From: Sedimentisphaerales bacterium
GTDB taxonomy: Bacteria; Planctomycetota; Phycisphaerae; Sedimentisphaerales; SM23-30
Assembly: GCA_963663965.2 (NCBI GenBank)
Contig: CAXXFK010000001.1
Span: forward strand, 192,001 to 256,000
Length of the DNA stretch: 64,000 bases
Reading direction: 5' to 3'
A model generated the notes under the pieces. It was not told the origin of the DNA. It was given only the letters and a program-made list of their open reading frames with translations, and did not search any database. This document shows, piece after piece, positions 42,586-52,692 of the stretch; the first letter of the stretch is position 1, and every line of letters starts with the position of its first letter. The translations under genes and the position numbers were made by a program.

Positions 42586-42603
42586 TTGTGAAAAAAATCA
42601 CTC
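42586..42603. promoter_or_regulatory. Rex- or CRP/FNR-like operator upstream of the hydrogenase operon
   Basis: TTGTGAAAAAAATCACTC (TGTGA-N6-TCAC); second palindrome TATGC-N8-GCATA at 42544-42561; TTGACT-17-AATAAT at 42610-42638. Confidence 0.4.
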
Positions 42604-42949
42604 CTAAACTTGACTCGACCTGATTATCGGGCAATAATACAAAAAGAATTTAGCATAAGACACATTGCAAAAGACGGTATTTGAAAATCAGAACAATAAC
42701 GCCCAAGGAGGTAATATGGCTGTAACACGCCTATAAATAACCTTGGCGAGATAACGTTTTTCTGCGACCGACTGAAAATTTCAAGATCACAATATCAAGA
42801 TCAAACACTGATGATCCTATCGGGCGAGGTAAAAGTACCAGGCCTGAAGGGGTTGTTGAGTGTGTCTGAATTTCTGGCCGGTTGTTGATAGAACTCAAAT
42901 ATTATGCCGCTATTTTCAAATTGATTCTCTCGATGGGGAGAGTACACTC

Positions 42950-44002
42950 ATGGAATCCGTTCAGTATTATTTGAACGGGAGAGAAGGGATAGAGTTCCTT
43001 AACCGGATCAGCCGGGGTACGGTATATGCGACTATCGAGCATAACGGTCAGATCGGATATGAAAAAATAGTTTCCCTGTTATCCATCCAACCTGAGTTGA
43101 CCGGGTTGCCGCCTATTGAATCCGTTAAGAGTTTTTATTTTCCGGCGCGGGAACGGGTCGCTGTTTATGGGAATTGTGAGTATTCAACCCCATCAGAGGC
43201 AGAGCCGGAATCAATCGGCTATCAGACGATTATTGGTGCGCGTACCTGTGATTTGAGCGCGTTGAAGGTCATGGATCGCATCTTTCTGGATCAGGAGTTC
43301 CATGATCCGTTTTATGAATCCCGACGGAAAAACACCCTGCTGGTAACGGTCGATTGCGTCCAGCCGGGCGAGTATTGTTTTTGCAATCTGGTGGGCGGCC
43401 AACCCTGGCCGCTGGATGGGTATCAGGTTCATTTATCGCCGATAGAGGGTGGTTACCTGGTCAGTTTTGGCAATGGCGTTGAAACTTTCCTGCTGGATTC
43501 GGTAAAAACGATGCTGTCCATGGCCACAGACCATCAAATTGCGCAAAAGGAATCCAACCGGGCCGGCGCGCTGGAACGACTGAAGACATGGAATCGCGGT
43601 TTTACCCCATTGACATCCATGAATGACATTGGCGCTATTGAGGACTGGGGCGAGTTATCCTGTTCGTGTGTGGAATGTGGAGCGTGCAGTTATGTCTGTC
43701 CAACCTGCCACTGCTTTCTGTTATTCGATCAGAGGGCACGCAGCGTACCTGAGATTCATATCCGCGAGAAGTCCTGGGACAGTTGCCTGCTGGCCAATTA
43801 CGCCAAAATGGCCGGCGTTGGCGGTATGAAACCCACCCCGCGACCGGAGTTACGGAACCGGTTTGAAAATCGTATTCGCCATAAATTCGAATGGATGGTC
43901 CAAAATCTCGGGTTGATCGGATGTGTGGGATGCGGCCGGTGCCGTTCAGCCTGCCTGGGGGGATCGGATATCCGGGCCGTTATTGAGGAGTTACACACAT
44001 GA
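42950..44002 (+). CDS. AsrA/HydB-like 4Fe-4S subunit
   Basis: RTCD, VDC..CFC, CVECGACSYVCPTCHC, HKF, CVGCGRCRSAC. Confidence 0.9.
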   Translation: MESVQYYLNGREGIEFLNRISRGTVYATIEHNGQIGYEKIVSLLSIQPELTGLPPIESVKSFYFPARERVAVYGNCEYSTPSEAEPESIGYQTIIGARTCDLSALKVMDRIFLDQEFHDPFYESRRKNTLLVTVDCVQPGEYCFCNLVGGQPWPLDGYQVHLSPIEGGYLVSFGNGVETFLLDSVKTMLSMATDHQIAQKESNRAGALERLKTWNRGFTPLTSMNDIGAIEDWGELSCSCVECGACSYVCPTCHCFLLFDQRARSVPEIHIREKSWDSCLLANYAKMAGVGGMKPTPRPELRNRFENRIRHKFEWMVQNLGLIGCVGCGRCRSACLGGSDIRAVIEELHT

Positions 44003-44817
44003 TCCAGGCGAATCCCTATCAACCGATAGAAACGATACTGCTCGAGGTCATTACGGAAACCCCGACGATCAAGACGCTGGTACTGAAACCCAATGAGCCG
44101 ATCCCTTTTCGCGCCGGTCAGTTCATGCAACTGACCTGTCCGGGTATGGGGGAAGCGCCCTTTACCCCGTCATCCAATCCCCGTGACGCCGATATCCAGA
44201 CGATTACCATTTTAAAGACCGGCAAAGTCACCGATCAACTGCATGAATGCCGGGCGGGCGACACCCTGGGCTTGCGCGGCGCGTTTGGCAAGGGATATCC
44301 CATTGACAAGTTCTATGACAAAAACATTCTGCTGGTGGGCGGAGGCGTCGGGTTGGCGCCACTGCGGGCCCTGATTTACGCCTTGTTTAATGAAATCGAC
44401 CGGTTTAAACGAATCTCGATTAAATACGGCGCCCGGTCTCCGGAAGAGCTGCTGTTTAAGAATGAATTCAAACGCTGGCAGCAGATGGATCGGGTTGATT
44501 TTACCGCAACCGTGGACCGTGCCTCCAATGGGTGGCAGGGACCAGTAGGCGTTGTGACGACTCTATTGGATGACCTCGATCTGGATATCGCCAATGCGTA
44601 TGTGGTATCCTGCGGCCCGCCGATCATGCTCCGGTACGTTACGTTAAAATGCCTGGATCTGGGTTTCAAGCCCGCCCAGATTTATTTATCCATGAATCGC
44701 AAGATGAGTTGCGGCGTGGGGGTCTGCGGACGGTGCAATATCGGGCCGTATTACCTCTGCAAGGATGGCCCGGATATGTGTTACGAGAAGATTAAGGATT
44801 ATGACAATGTCTTTTGA
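43999..44817 (+). CDS. AsrB/HydG-like FAD/NAD(P)-binding 2Fe-2S subunit
   Basis: GQF..GEAP, GGGVGLAP, CGPPIM, MSCGVGVCGRC..CKDGP. Confidence 0.92.
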   Translation: MIQANPYQPIETILLEVITETPTIKTLVLKPNEPIPFRAGQFMQLTCPGMGEAPFTPSSNPRDADIQTITILKTGKVTDQLHECRAGDTLGLRGAFGKGYPIDKFYDKNILLVGGGVGLAPLRALIYALFNEIDRFKRISIKYGARSPEELLFKNEFKRWQQMDRVDFTATVDRASNGWQGPVGVVTTLLDDLDLDIANAYVVSCGPPIMLRYVTLKCLDLGFKPAQIYLSMNRKMSCGVGVCGRCNIGPYYLCKDGPDMCYEKIKDYDNVF

Positions 44818-44831
44818 AACAAGGCCCGACA

Positions 44832-46565
44832 ATGGATGGTAACCTATCGAGATGTCCTTATTGTTCTTTGATGTGCCCGGTCGCCATCGAACGGCGCGCT
44901 CATGGCGTGACATTGCCGGCATACACAAACCCCGATGAATATTCCGGCGGACACCTGTGTTATCGCGGGCATTACCTGGCTCCCCTGCTCTGTCATCCCA
45001 ATCGCCTGATCGAAGCGACCCTGCAATCCGCCCCGGAACAACAAACGCAATCGGAGATCCATCACCAGGCGGCCCGGAAACTGCAAGAAGCCAGTAGAAA
45101 CAAGACTTTGGGGACACTGATATCGGGTAATCTGCCGGTGGAAGAAATCCACGCCGGCGGTCATTTTTTTCAGTCGATTTTGCCGGCCAGATCGACCAGT
45201 ATTTTTCTACCTCCTGCCGATGAAGCGATGATGCGTCAATTACGCGGTGGCCGGTATAAACCCGGTTTGCCGACCGCACTGGAAAAAGCCGATATCATTC
45301 TGGCCGTTGGCGATGTGCTGGGAACCCATCCGGTACTGGCCGGGCGGTTGATGGATCGGCTGGAAAGCAAGAAGCCCCCGATACTGATTAACCTGGACAG
45401 TATGAAGGGACGCACGATGCGCTTCGCGCGGATTGGACTGACTACCCAAACCGGTATGGAATGCTGGGGCATCGAAGCCCTGTTAACCTTGGTTAACCAT
45501 TCTAAAAAACCTGAGACGAAGGCCTGTTATCATGACGCACTGGCGGTCTGCGAACTGGAGGACGCGGCGGTTAAGGAGGCGGCAGAGGCCATCCGTCCGG
45601 AAAAAGGCAAGACGGTAGTCCTGCTGTTAACGATCCCACAAGGGCATTGCCGCCGTCCAAATGAACTGGCAACGTTAACCGGGCTGCTGGCGCGTACGAT
45701 CAAAGCCACACTGGTTCCATTATTGACCTATGCCAACGCGCCTGGCGCGTTCGCGGTCAGTCATACCCTGGGAACGACCCCACCGGCCCACTGGTTGAAA
45801 CAGGCCATGGATGGATCCTTCACGACCTTGTTTATTGCAGATGTCGATCTGTTCGGGATGTTGCCAAAAAACACCATCCAGACTATTCGCGCGAAAGTCG
45901 AAACCCTCATTACGGCCGCAGCGATGCCCGGACCCACCACTGAACTTTCGGATATTGTGCTGCCTCTGGCATTCGGCTTTGAAATGACCGGGCATTATAT
46001 GAATTGTCAGGGGACATTGATCAAACGTCAACCGCTGGGCATGCCGCCGGGACATGCCGTGGCATTAAGCGCGATGCTGCATCAGATCGACAAGCTATTG
46101 CTCCTGCCAGAAGTCACACGAATGCTCCCTGACGAATTTGCCTTGGAACTGGCTTCGGTTTCGGCGGCAGACCGGACCAAGCCGGAATTGTTGATACCGG
46201 AACCGGCTAATTCCTATACTTTGACGGCGCGTACTGAAACACTGGACCTTTATGAAGGAGCCGTATCCCGTCAGATGGACTGGCCGCTGGGTATCGAACC
46301 GATTCCAGTTGTGCTAATTCATCCGGAAAAGGCGCGGGCATTAAAACTGGCCGGCAATGACCGGATCCTGCTGACTCGAGGCACGCATGAGCAGGAATTT
46401 CTGGTAAGGATCAGCGACGCGGTCTGGCCGGACACGCTGGCTCTATCCGCGACTATACCGGAGACGCGTCATTACTTCCAATGGGAATTGAATGATGATG
46501 GTATCGAAATCACCCCTGTGCCGGTCGAAATCCGGCCGGCGGTTTGCGAGGTGGCCTGTGGCTGA
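44832..46565 (+). CDS. molybdopterin-oxidoreductase-fold subunit (FdhF/NuoG-like, apparently non-catalytic)
   Basis: CPYCSLMC..LCYRG 4Fe-4S motif; SDIVLPLA..E..G..N; C-terminal IHP..A..L domain; no Cys/Sec-His ligand evident. Confidence 0.75.
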   Translation: MDGNLSRCPYCSLMCPVAIERRAHGVTLPAYTNPDEYSGGHLCYRGHYLAPLLCHPNRLIEATLQSAPEQQTQSEIHHQAARKLQEASRNKTLGTLISGNLPVEEIHAGGHFFQSILPARSTSIFLPPADEAMMRQLRGGRYKPGLPTALEKADIILAVGDVLGTHPVLAGRLMDRLESKKPPILINLDSMKGRTMRFARIGLTTQTGMECWGIEALLTLVNHSKKPETKACYHDALAVCELEDAAVKEAAEAIRPEKGKTVVLLLTIPQGHCRRPNELATLTGLLARTIKATLVPLLTYANAPGAFAVSHTLGTTPPAHWLKQAMDGSFTTLFIADVDLFGMLPKNTIQTIRAKVETLITAAAMPGPTTELSDIVLPLAFGFEMTGHYMNCQGTLIKRQPLGMPPGHAVALSAMLHQIDKLLLLPEVTRMLPDEFALELASVSAADRTKPELLIPEPANSYTLTARTETLDLYEGAVSRQMDWPLGIEPIPVVLIHPEKARALKLAGNDRILLTRGTHEQEFLVRISDAVWPDTLALSATIPETRHYFQWELNDDGIEITPVPVEIRPAVCEVACG

Positions 46566-47082
46566 ATTATCGACAGTATCAACGGAACCCAAACCTGATC
46601 CAGCTGAACAGGAACGCGTGGTATTGAATCTGGACCGATGTATCGGATGCCGGAGTTGTTCGGCAGCCTGTTTTTACGGGCATCTGGGCATGCCGAATAT
46701 CACCTTTGGGGCACTGGTCGAGGGCACTTTGCCGGTTATCTGCCGTCAGTGTGACGACCCGGCCTGTGAAGAGGCCTGCCCCGTGAACGCATTAAGACGA
46801 GATGACCAAGGCATAACCGCACGCAGCCGGATGCTGTGTATTGGATGTAAAAACTGCGTATTTGCCTGTCCATTTGGTGTTTTGAGCCCCAGCCTGACAT
46901 TAAGGCAAGTAGCCAAATGTGATTATTGTCAAGATTTAGTAGACCAGGAAGAACCGCCCCGCTGTGTTCAGGCCTGTCCGGCGGGAGCATTGAGCTATGT
47001 CAGATATCATGCCGACGAGAAAAAAGCGCCCATACTATTAAGCGGGCGAACGATCGGCAAACACCCTTACAAGAGACGATGA
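46558..47082 (+). CDS. 4x[4Fe-4S] ferredoxin subunit (HycB/CooF-like)
   Basis: CIGCRSCSAAC, CRQCDDPACEEACP, CIGCKNCVFACP, KCDYC..CVQACP. Confidence 0.9.
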   Translation: MAELSTVSTEPKPDPAEQERVVLNLDRCIGCRSCSAACFYGHLGMPNITFGALVEGTLPVICRQCDDPACEEACPVNALRRDDQGITARSRMLCIGCKNCVFACPFGVLSPSLTLRQVAKCDYCQDLVDQEEPPRCVQACPAGALSYVRYHADEKKAPILLSGRTIGKHPYKRR

Positions 47083-47095
47083 AAGGAACCCGGCC

Positions 47096-48013
47096 ATGAA
47101 TCTGATGGCAATTCCGGCACTGGCCGGCGCGACGATGGGAACGATTGCGATCGGATTTCTATCCAAATGGATCGATCGCAAAGTGACCGCCCGCATTCAG
47201 TGGCGCGTGGGACCGCCCTGGTATCAGCCGCTGGCCGATGTGATTAAACTGATGGGCAAAGAAACTCTCTTGCCCGAGAGCGCGCGTGGCACCGGATTTC
47301 TGATGATGCCGCTGGTTGGGTTTGCGGCGGCTGCGGTAGCCGCAACGATTTTATGGTGGGCTACTTTTAATCCCGGTTCCGGATTTGTGGGCGATACGAT
47401 TGTCGTACTTTATTTACTGACGATTCCGGCCCTGATGACCATTCTGGGCGGGTCGGCCTCGGGTAATCCCCTGGCGGCAGTCGGGGCCGCGCGCGAGATG
47501 AAACTGGCGCTGGCCTATGAATTGCCATTATTGATTTCGGTCCTGGCGGCGGTCATGGCACGGTCCGGAGATTTTCGCCTGGGCGGCCTGATCGAAACGT
47601 CGCCGCAAGGTGTTTTCAGCAGCCTGGCCTGTGTGCTGGGATTCTTAGTGGCGATTTTGTGTATCCAGGCCAAACTGGGATTGGTGCCCTTCGACATTGC
47701 TGAAGCCGATTGTGAAATTGCCACCGGTCCTTTCATTGAGTATTCCGGGGTGGCGCTGGCGATGATTCTGCTGACCCGAACCATTCTGTTCGCCCTGCTG
47801 CCCATCTTCCTGATTACTATTTTCTGGGGTGGTTTGAATTTCTATTCGATAACGGGTGTGCTGGCAACCATCGGCAAATATGTTCTGATTATTGTCTTAA
47901 TGGTATTGATCCGAAATACCAACCCGCGGGTACGTATCGATCAAGCCATGAAATTTTTCTGGTTTGGCATGACGCCGATCGCGCTGATCGCGCTGATGCT
48001 GGCTTTAATATAA
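47096..48013 (+). CDS. hydrogenase membrane subunit (NuoH/HycD/MbhM-like)
   Basis: RKVTARIQWRVGPP..QPLAD..KL..KE; PFDIAEA; EYSG; PRVRIDQ. Confidence 0.92.
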   Translation: MNLMAIPALAGATMGTIAIGFLSKWIDRKVTARIQWRVGPPWYQPLADVIKLMGKETLLPESARGTGFLMMPLVGFAAAAVAATILWWATFNPGSGFVGDTIVVLYLLTIPALMTILGGSASGNPLAAVGAAREMKLALAYELPLLISVLAAVMARSGDFRLGGLIETSPQGVFSSLACVLGFLVAILCIQAKLGLVPFDIAEADCEIATGPFIEYSGVALAMILLTRTILFALLPIFLITIFWGGLNFYSITGVLATIGKYVLIIVLMVLIRNTNPRVRIDQAMKFFWFGMTPIALIALMLALI

Positions 48014-48027
48014 GGGAGAATTCGAAC

Positions 48028-48477
48028 ATGAATCTGAAAACCTGGGCCCTGAAAAAATCGATCTGGCTCTATCATGCCAATGTGGGCGCCTGTAACAACT
48101 GCGATATCGAAGTGGTCGACTGCCTGACGCCGCGATACGATATCGAGCGATTCGGGATGATGCTGGTAGGCAGTCCCCGTCATGCCGACGCTCTGGTTGT
48201 TACCGGTATCTGCACCATGCAGGCCCGGCCACGGTTGCAGGAACTGTACCAGCAGATGCCCAGACCCTGCCTGGTTTTGTGTATCGGGTCTTGTGCCTGT
48301 TCGGGTGGAATTTTTCGGTCCTGTTATCACTTTGCCGGCCCGGTTGACGAGGCGATCCGCGAGGTGGATCCCGCGGCGATTATCGCTTATGTGCCGGGTT
48401 GTCCACCCAAACCCGAGGCGATTATTGCCGGCGCGGTCAAGGCGCTGGGCGCTATTCCGGATGAAGCGATCGCGTAA
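48028..48477 (+). CDS. group 4 [NiFe]-hydrogenase small subunit (HycG/MbhJ-like)
   Basis: GACNNCDIE, SPRHAD, GSCA..GG, PGCPPKP. Confidence 0.93.
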   Translation: MNLKTWALKKSIWLYHANVGACNNCDIEVVDCLTPRYDIERFGMMLVGSPRHADALVVTGICTMQARPRLQELYQQMPRPCLVLCIGSCACSGGIFRSCYHFAGPVDEAIREVDPAAIIAYVPGCPPKPEAIIAGAVKALGAIPDEAIA

Positions 48478-48489
48478 AGGAAGTCTGTT

Positions 48490-48993
48490 ATGAATAATAA
48501 TGAGTTATTGAAAATGATTGAACAGAAACTGGGAGAAATATCCGAATCGATAACCGTCCGCAAAAGCCGGCGCATCTATATCGATGTGCCGCCGGAGTTC
48601 AGTCTGCAAGCGAACCGGATTTTATTTGCAGAGTTACAGGCCAGACTGGCCACCGCCACCGGCATGGATACTCCTGACCGCATCGAGGTATTGTACCATT
48701 ACTGCTTTGATTCTTCAGGCGTTGTTGTGTCAATTCGTACCTGGGCGCTCAAACCGGAGTGTGTGCTGGATTCTGTCGCGACGCTATTCCCGGGAGCCAA
48801 CTTTATCGAACGGGAAATCCAGGACCTGCTGGGGGTACGTTTTGAAAATCATCCCGATCCGCGCCGGCTCCTGCTGGCGGATAACTGGCCTGAAGGCAAA
48901 TATCCGCTCCGCCGCGATCAGGCCCTGCGGCGCGAACGGACCGAAACTCCTGAATTAAAACGACAGGCTTGTACAAAGGCGACCACACCATGA
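48490..48993 (+). CDS. NuoC/MbhK-like 30-kDa subunit
   Basis: ANFIEREIQDLLGVRFENHPDPRRLLL..WP..YPLR. Confidence 0.92.
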   Translation: MNNNELLKMIEQKLGEISESITVRKSRRIYIDVPPEFSLQANRILFAELQARLATATGMDTPDRIEVLYHYCFDSSGVVVSIRTWALKPECVLDSVATLFPGANFIEREIQDLLGVRFENHPDPRRLLLADNWPEGKYPLRRDQALRRERTETPELKRQACTKATTP

Positions 48994-50174
48994 AAAAAAC
49001 CATCATACCGATCGGGCCCTTTCATCCGATTCAGGAAGAACCGGAATTTTTCCAGCTGACGGTGGAAGGCGAGACGGTGGTCGATGTTGACGTACGGCTT
49101 TCCTACAACCACCGGGGGATCGAGCGGCTCTGTCAGGATCTGACCTACGATCAGATTCCTTTTTTACTGGCCCGGATCTGCGGTATCTGTTCGGCGAGCC
49201 ATCCAATGGCGTTTTGTCAGGCGTGCGAAGATCTCTGCGGCGTGGAAGTTCCCATACGCGGACGGCATTTGCGCACCATCATCTGCGAAATGGAACGGAT
49301 CCACAGTCACCTGCTCTGGGCGGGATTGGCGGGTCACTTTATTGGATACAATACCGTGTTCATGTGGGCCTGGAAATATCGTGAACCGGTGCTCGAATTG
49401 TTTGAACGGCTGCTGGGCAACCGCAACCATTACGAAAACTTTTGTGTGGGCGGCTGCCGGCGCGATATCCCGCAGGAACATATGCCGGATATTCTCAAGA
49501 TGGCGGATGAACTGGAAGGACCGGTGGAAATGCTGACCCAGGCCGTACTGGATGATCCCGTATTAAAAGCGCGGTTGGGCGGCATCGGCGTCTTGACCTA
49601 TGAACAAGCCCGGCAATGGTGCACCACCGGCCCAACCGCGCGCGGGTCCGGGTACGATATCGATGTCCGGCGGGATGAGCCATACGCTTCTTATGATCTG
49701 CTGGACTGGCAGGTTTATACCCAGCCGGCCGGTGATGTCTTTGCCAAGGCCGTTGTTCGACTCCTGGAGGTTCTGGAGGCGATCCGGATTATCCGTCAGA
49801 CTGTTGCTCAGATCGAGCCGGGCGACATCCGCGCTGAAGTGCTGGAGATGCCGGAAGGTGAAGGCATCGGTCATGCCGAAGCGCCGCGTGGTGAGACCTT
49901 TCACTACGTCTGCTCGGATGGTTCCAATTATCCTCAACGCTATAAAGTACGCGCGCCCACTTATGTCAACCTGCCCAGTTTTAAGGCCTGTGTGGTGGGC
50001 CAGGAACTGGCAGACGCCATGTTGAGTGTGGCGGCGATGGATCCCTGTTACAGTTGTACCGAACGGGTGGCAGTGGTAAGGCCGCGACAAGGTCATCGTA
50101 AAGAGCGGTTCGACCAGAAAGCGTTAATAAAAATGAGCTGGGATAAAACCCGGCGTATCATGCAAAATGTATAA
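48990..50174 (+). CDS. group 4 [NiFe]-hydrogenase large subunit (HycE/MbhL-like)
   Basis: GPFHP; HRGIE; L1 RICGIC; L2 DPCYSCTER; C-terminal extension after the Arg. Confidence 0.95.
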   Translation: MKKTIIPIGPFHPIQEEPEFFQLTVEGETVVDVDVRLSYNHRGIERLCQDLTYDQIPFLLARICGICSASHPMAFCQACEDLCGVEVPIRGRHLRTIICEMERIHSHLLWAGLAGHFIGYNTVFMWAWKYREPVLELFERLLGNRNHYENFCVGGCRRDIPQEHMPDILKMADELEGPVEMLTQAVLDDPVLKARLGGIGVLTYEQARQWCTTGPTARGSGYDIDVRRDEPYASYDLLDWQVYTQPAGDVFAKAVVRLLEVLEAIRIIRQTVAQIEPGDIRAEVLEMPEGEGIGHAEAPRGETFHYVCSDGSNYPQRYKVRAPTYVNLPSFKACVVGQELADAMLSVAAMDPCYSCTERVAVVRPRQGHRKERFDQKALIKMSWDKTRRIMQNV

Positions 50175-50268
50175 CAGGTTACTGGATAACCACTGACTTG
50201 AATTGTCAGACATCAAGTCAAGGCCTGGCATTTTCTGATCGCCAATCCGATCAGAAAGGATATCGGCA

Positions 50269-52149
50269 ATGAATGAAACGACATTGATCTGGATGTTAAT
50301 AATCCCCAGCATCGCCGGCCTGCTGGCGTATCTCTGGCCGCGCCAGGGACAGCCGGTCGTACGACTGCTGGCGCTGGTGGCGACGGCAATGCTGGTTTTC
50401 CTGGCGATTATCCCGATTTATCATTCGGACTGGCAATGGCAATGGACCTGGCTGCGAACGGGTCAACTCGCTATCGGTATCGACCTGACGGCCAGACCTT
50501 TCGCAAGTGTGATAAGTTTGATGATCGCCCTATTCGGTTTTCTGATTACCCTTTACGACGTCGCTTATCTCCGGGGAGCAATCGGTCGTCATTATGCCTA
50601 TATGCTCTGGACCCTGGCCGGTGCTATTGGTGCGGCGCTGGCGAATGACCTTATTTTTCTACTATTCTGCTGGGAAATTACTACCCTGATGCTTTTCCTG
50701 CTGATCAATCAATCCGGGCCTCAGGCGCGTACCGGGGCGGCCAAAACCCTGGCCATGCTGGGTTTCAGCGATTGCGCGCTACTGCTGGGTATTGGTTTGA
50801 TCATCACACGGCCGGATATGAGCTCGCCGGCGATCGATCAAATCCACCTGAGTACCAATACGCCGCTGATGGCCATCTGTTACCTGCTCTTTATGATCGC
50901 GGGGCTGGCCAAGGCCGGCGCGATGCCGTTTCATACCTGGATTCCTACTGCCGCGGAGGCGACGACCTGCGATGTGATGGCGCTTCTGCCCGCAGCGCTG
51001 GATAAACTGCTGGGGATCTACCTGCTGGCACGGGCCTCACTCGAACTGTTTGTTCTGACTGACGGATTGAAGATGCTGCTCATGATTATCGGTGCGGTAA
51101 CAATTATTGGCGCGGTAATGATGGCAATGGTCCAGCATGACTTAAAGAAACTGCTTTCGTTTCATGCGGTCAGTCAGGTCGGTTATATGGTGCTGGGAAT
51201 CGGAACCGGCAGTGTTCTGGGTATCGCCGGTGGGTTGTTTCATATGTTCAACAACGCGATCTATAAAAGTTGCCTGTTTCTGACGGCCGGCGCAGTGGAA
51301 AAGCAGGCGGGCACGACCCACCTCGACCGGTTGGGCGGGCTGGCCCGAACCATGCCATTGACTTTTACGGCCTGTCTGCTGGCCGCATTGGCTATTTCCG
51401 GGGTGCCGCCCATGAATGGATTCAGCTCCAAATGGATGATCTACCAGGCCGTACTGGATGTGCCTTCACGCTGGGCGCCGATCCTGACGGCGGCGGCCAT
51501 CTTTGGCAGCGCCCTGACCCTGGCGAGTTTTGTCAAGGTACTGCACAGTGTCTTTTTGAGCGTGCCCGCACCGGACCAGGCCCCGGCAGTCGAGGGCGAA
51601 GTATCGGGTTGGATGACGGTACCAATGCTGGCGCTGGGCGTAACCTGTATTGTATTTGGAATCTGGGTGGCGCTGCCGCTGGGCGCGTTGATCATCCCGT
51701 CGATGACATCGATGGGGCAGGCCGGTACTGACACCATTCTACAGGCCAACCAGATCGATGCGGCGGCCCGGTTGTGGAATCCGGGACTGGCGACTTTGCT
51801 GCTGCTGGGGGGGCTGCTTATGGGGCTGATTATCTATTTCCTGGGCAAAGGTTTCAAAGTACGCCGGACCCGCACTTATATTGGCGGCGAAAAGATCACT
51901 CCTGAGCTGGTTCATTACAATGGTACCGGCTTCTATACCACCCTGCGAAACCTGCCCGGTATTCACGCCCTTTATCGCGACGCAGAGCGCCAGGTCTTTG
52001 ATATCTATCACCTGACCGGACGACTGGGCCATACCCTGGTCGAAGGCCTGCGCCGAACCCAGACGGGTATTCTATCGCTGTATATCAGTTGGGTCATTTT
52101 AGGGCTGGTGGTGATATTAATCTGTTTTATCAAGCTCCACAGCGGATAA
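50269..52149 (+). CDS. antiporter-like proton-pumping subunit (NuoL/MrpA/HyfB-like)
   Basis: WE, KAGAMPFHTWIP, DLKKLLSFH..SQVGY, KSCLFL, GVPPMNGF.SKW. Confidence 0.9.
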   Translation: MNETTLIWMLIIPSIAGLLAYLWPRQGQPVVRLLALVATAMLVFLAIIPIYHSDWQWQWTWLRTGQLAIGIDLTARPFASVISLMIALFGFLITLYDVAYLRGAIGRHYAYMLWTLAGAIGAALANDLIFLLFCWEITTLMLFLLINQSGPQARTGAAKTLAMLGFSDCALLLGIGLIITRPDMSSPAIDQIHLSTNTPLMAICYLLFMIAGLAKAGAMPFHTWIPTAAEATTCDVMALLPAALDKLLGIYLLARASLELFVLTDGLKMLLMIIGAVTIIGAVMMAMVQHDLKKLLSFHAVSQVGYMVLGIGTGSVLGIAGGLFHMFNNAIYKSCLFLTAGAVEKQAGTTHLDRLGGLARTMPLTFTACLLAALAISGVPPMNGFSSKWMIYQAVLDVPSRWAPILTAAAIFGSALTLASFVKVLHSVFLSVPAPDQAPAVEGEVSGWMTVPMLALGVTCIVFGIWVALPLGALIIPSMTSMGQAGTDTILQANQIDAAARLWNPGLATLLLLGGLLMGLIIYFLGKGFKVRRTRTYIGGEKITPELVHYNGTGFYTTLRNLPGIHALYRDAERQVFDIYHLTGRLGHTLVEGLRRTQTGILSLYISWVILGLVVILICFIKLHSG

Positions 52150-52167
52150 CTTCCCAGGGAGAATATT

Positions 52168-52692
52168 ATGTATCCATTTATCATTGTGTTAACACTGTTT
52201 CTCATGCTGGCGGCGTTTGTGGCGATTGAAGCCAAGGGATTGCTTTCCACAGTCGTTTCAGTAGGGGCGGCCGGACTGGCGCTGGCGGTGATTTTCATGC
52301 TGCTGGGTGCGCCCGATCTGGCCATTACGCAAGTTGTCGTTGAGGTCCTCTGCCTGGTATTATTGATCCGGGCGGCGGTGATGCGGGAAGATTCAACCTT
52401 TGGCACACCGCAGAGCAGCTTTGTACTGGCGGCTGGATTGATCGGAGGGGGCATATTTCTAACGCTGGTCTATTTTGCTTTACAGACCTTGACGCCGTTT
52501 GGAACCCCGCTGATGAATCTGTCGGAAGGCTATCTGCAAAATGGTTTAACACAGACTGGTGCAGTCAATTATGTCATGGCCATCCTGCTGGATTACCGCG
52601 CTTATGATACCCTGGGGGAAGCCACGGTGATTTTTGCCTCGATTATCGGTGTTTACGCCGTGATGCGACGGCTCGGGAGGAAGAAATCATGA
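52168..52692 (+). CDS. MbhD/MbhE-like subunit (MrpA C-terminal part)
   Basis: APDLAITQ..VE; N.V..ILLDYRAYDTLGE. Confidence 0.88.
   Translation: MYPFIIVLTLFLMLAAFVAIEAKGLLSTVVSVGAAGLALAVIFMLLGAPDLAITQVVVEVLCLVLLIRAAVMREDSTFGTPQSSFVLAAGLIGGGIFLTLVYFALQTLTPFGTPLMNLSEGYLQNGLTQTGAVNYVMAILLDYRAYDTLGEATVIFASIIGVYAVMRRLGRKKS

Noticed and set aside
48990..50174. Mbx/Mbs sulfur reductase or NuoD rather than hydrogenase
   Set aside because: Both CxxC Ni-binding motifs, a cleavable C-terminal extension and a HycI-like protease are present.
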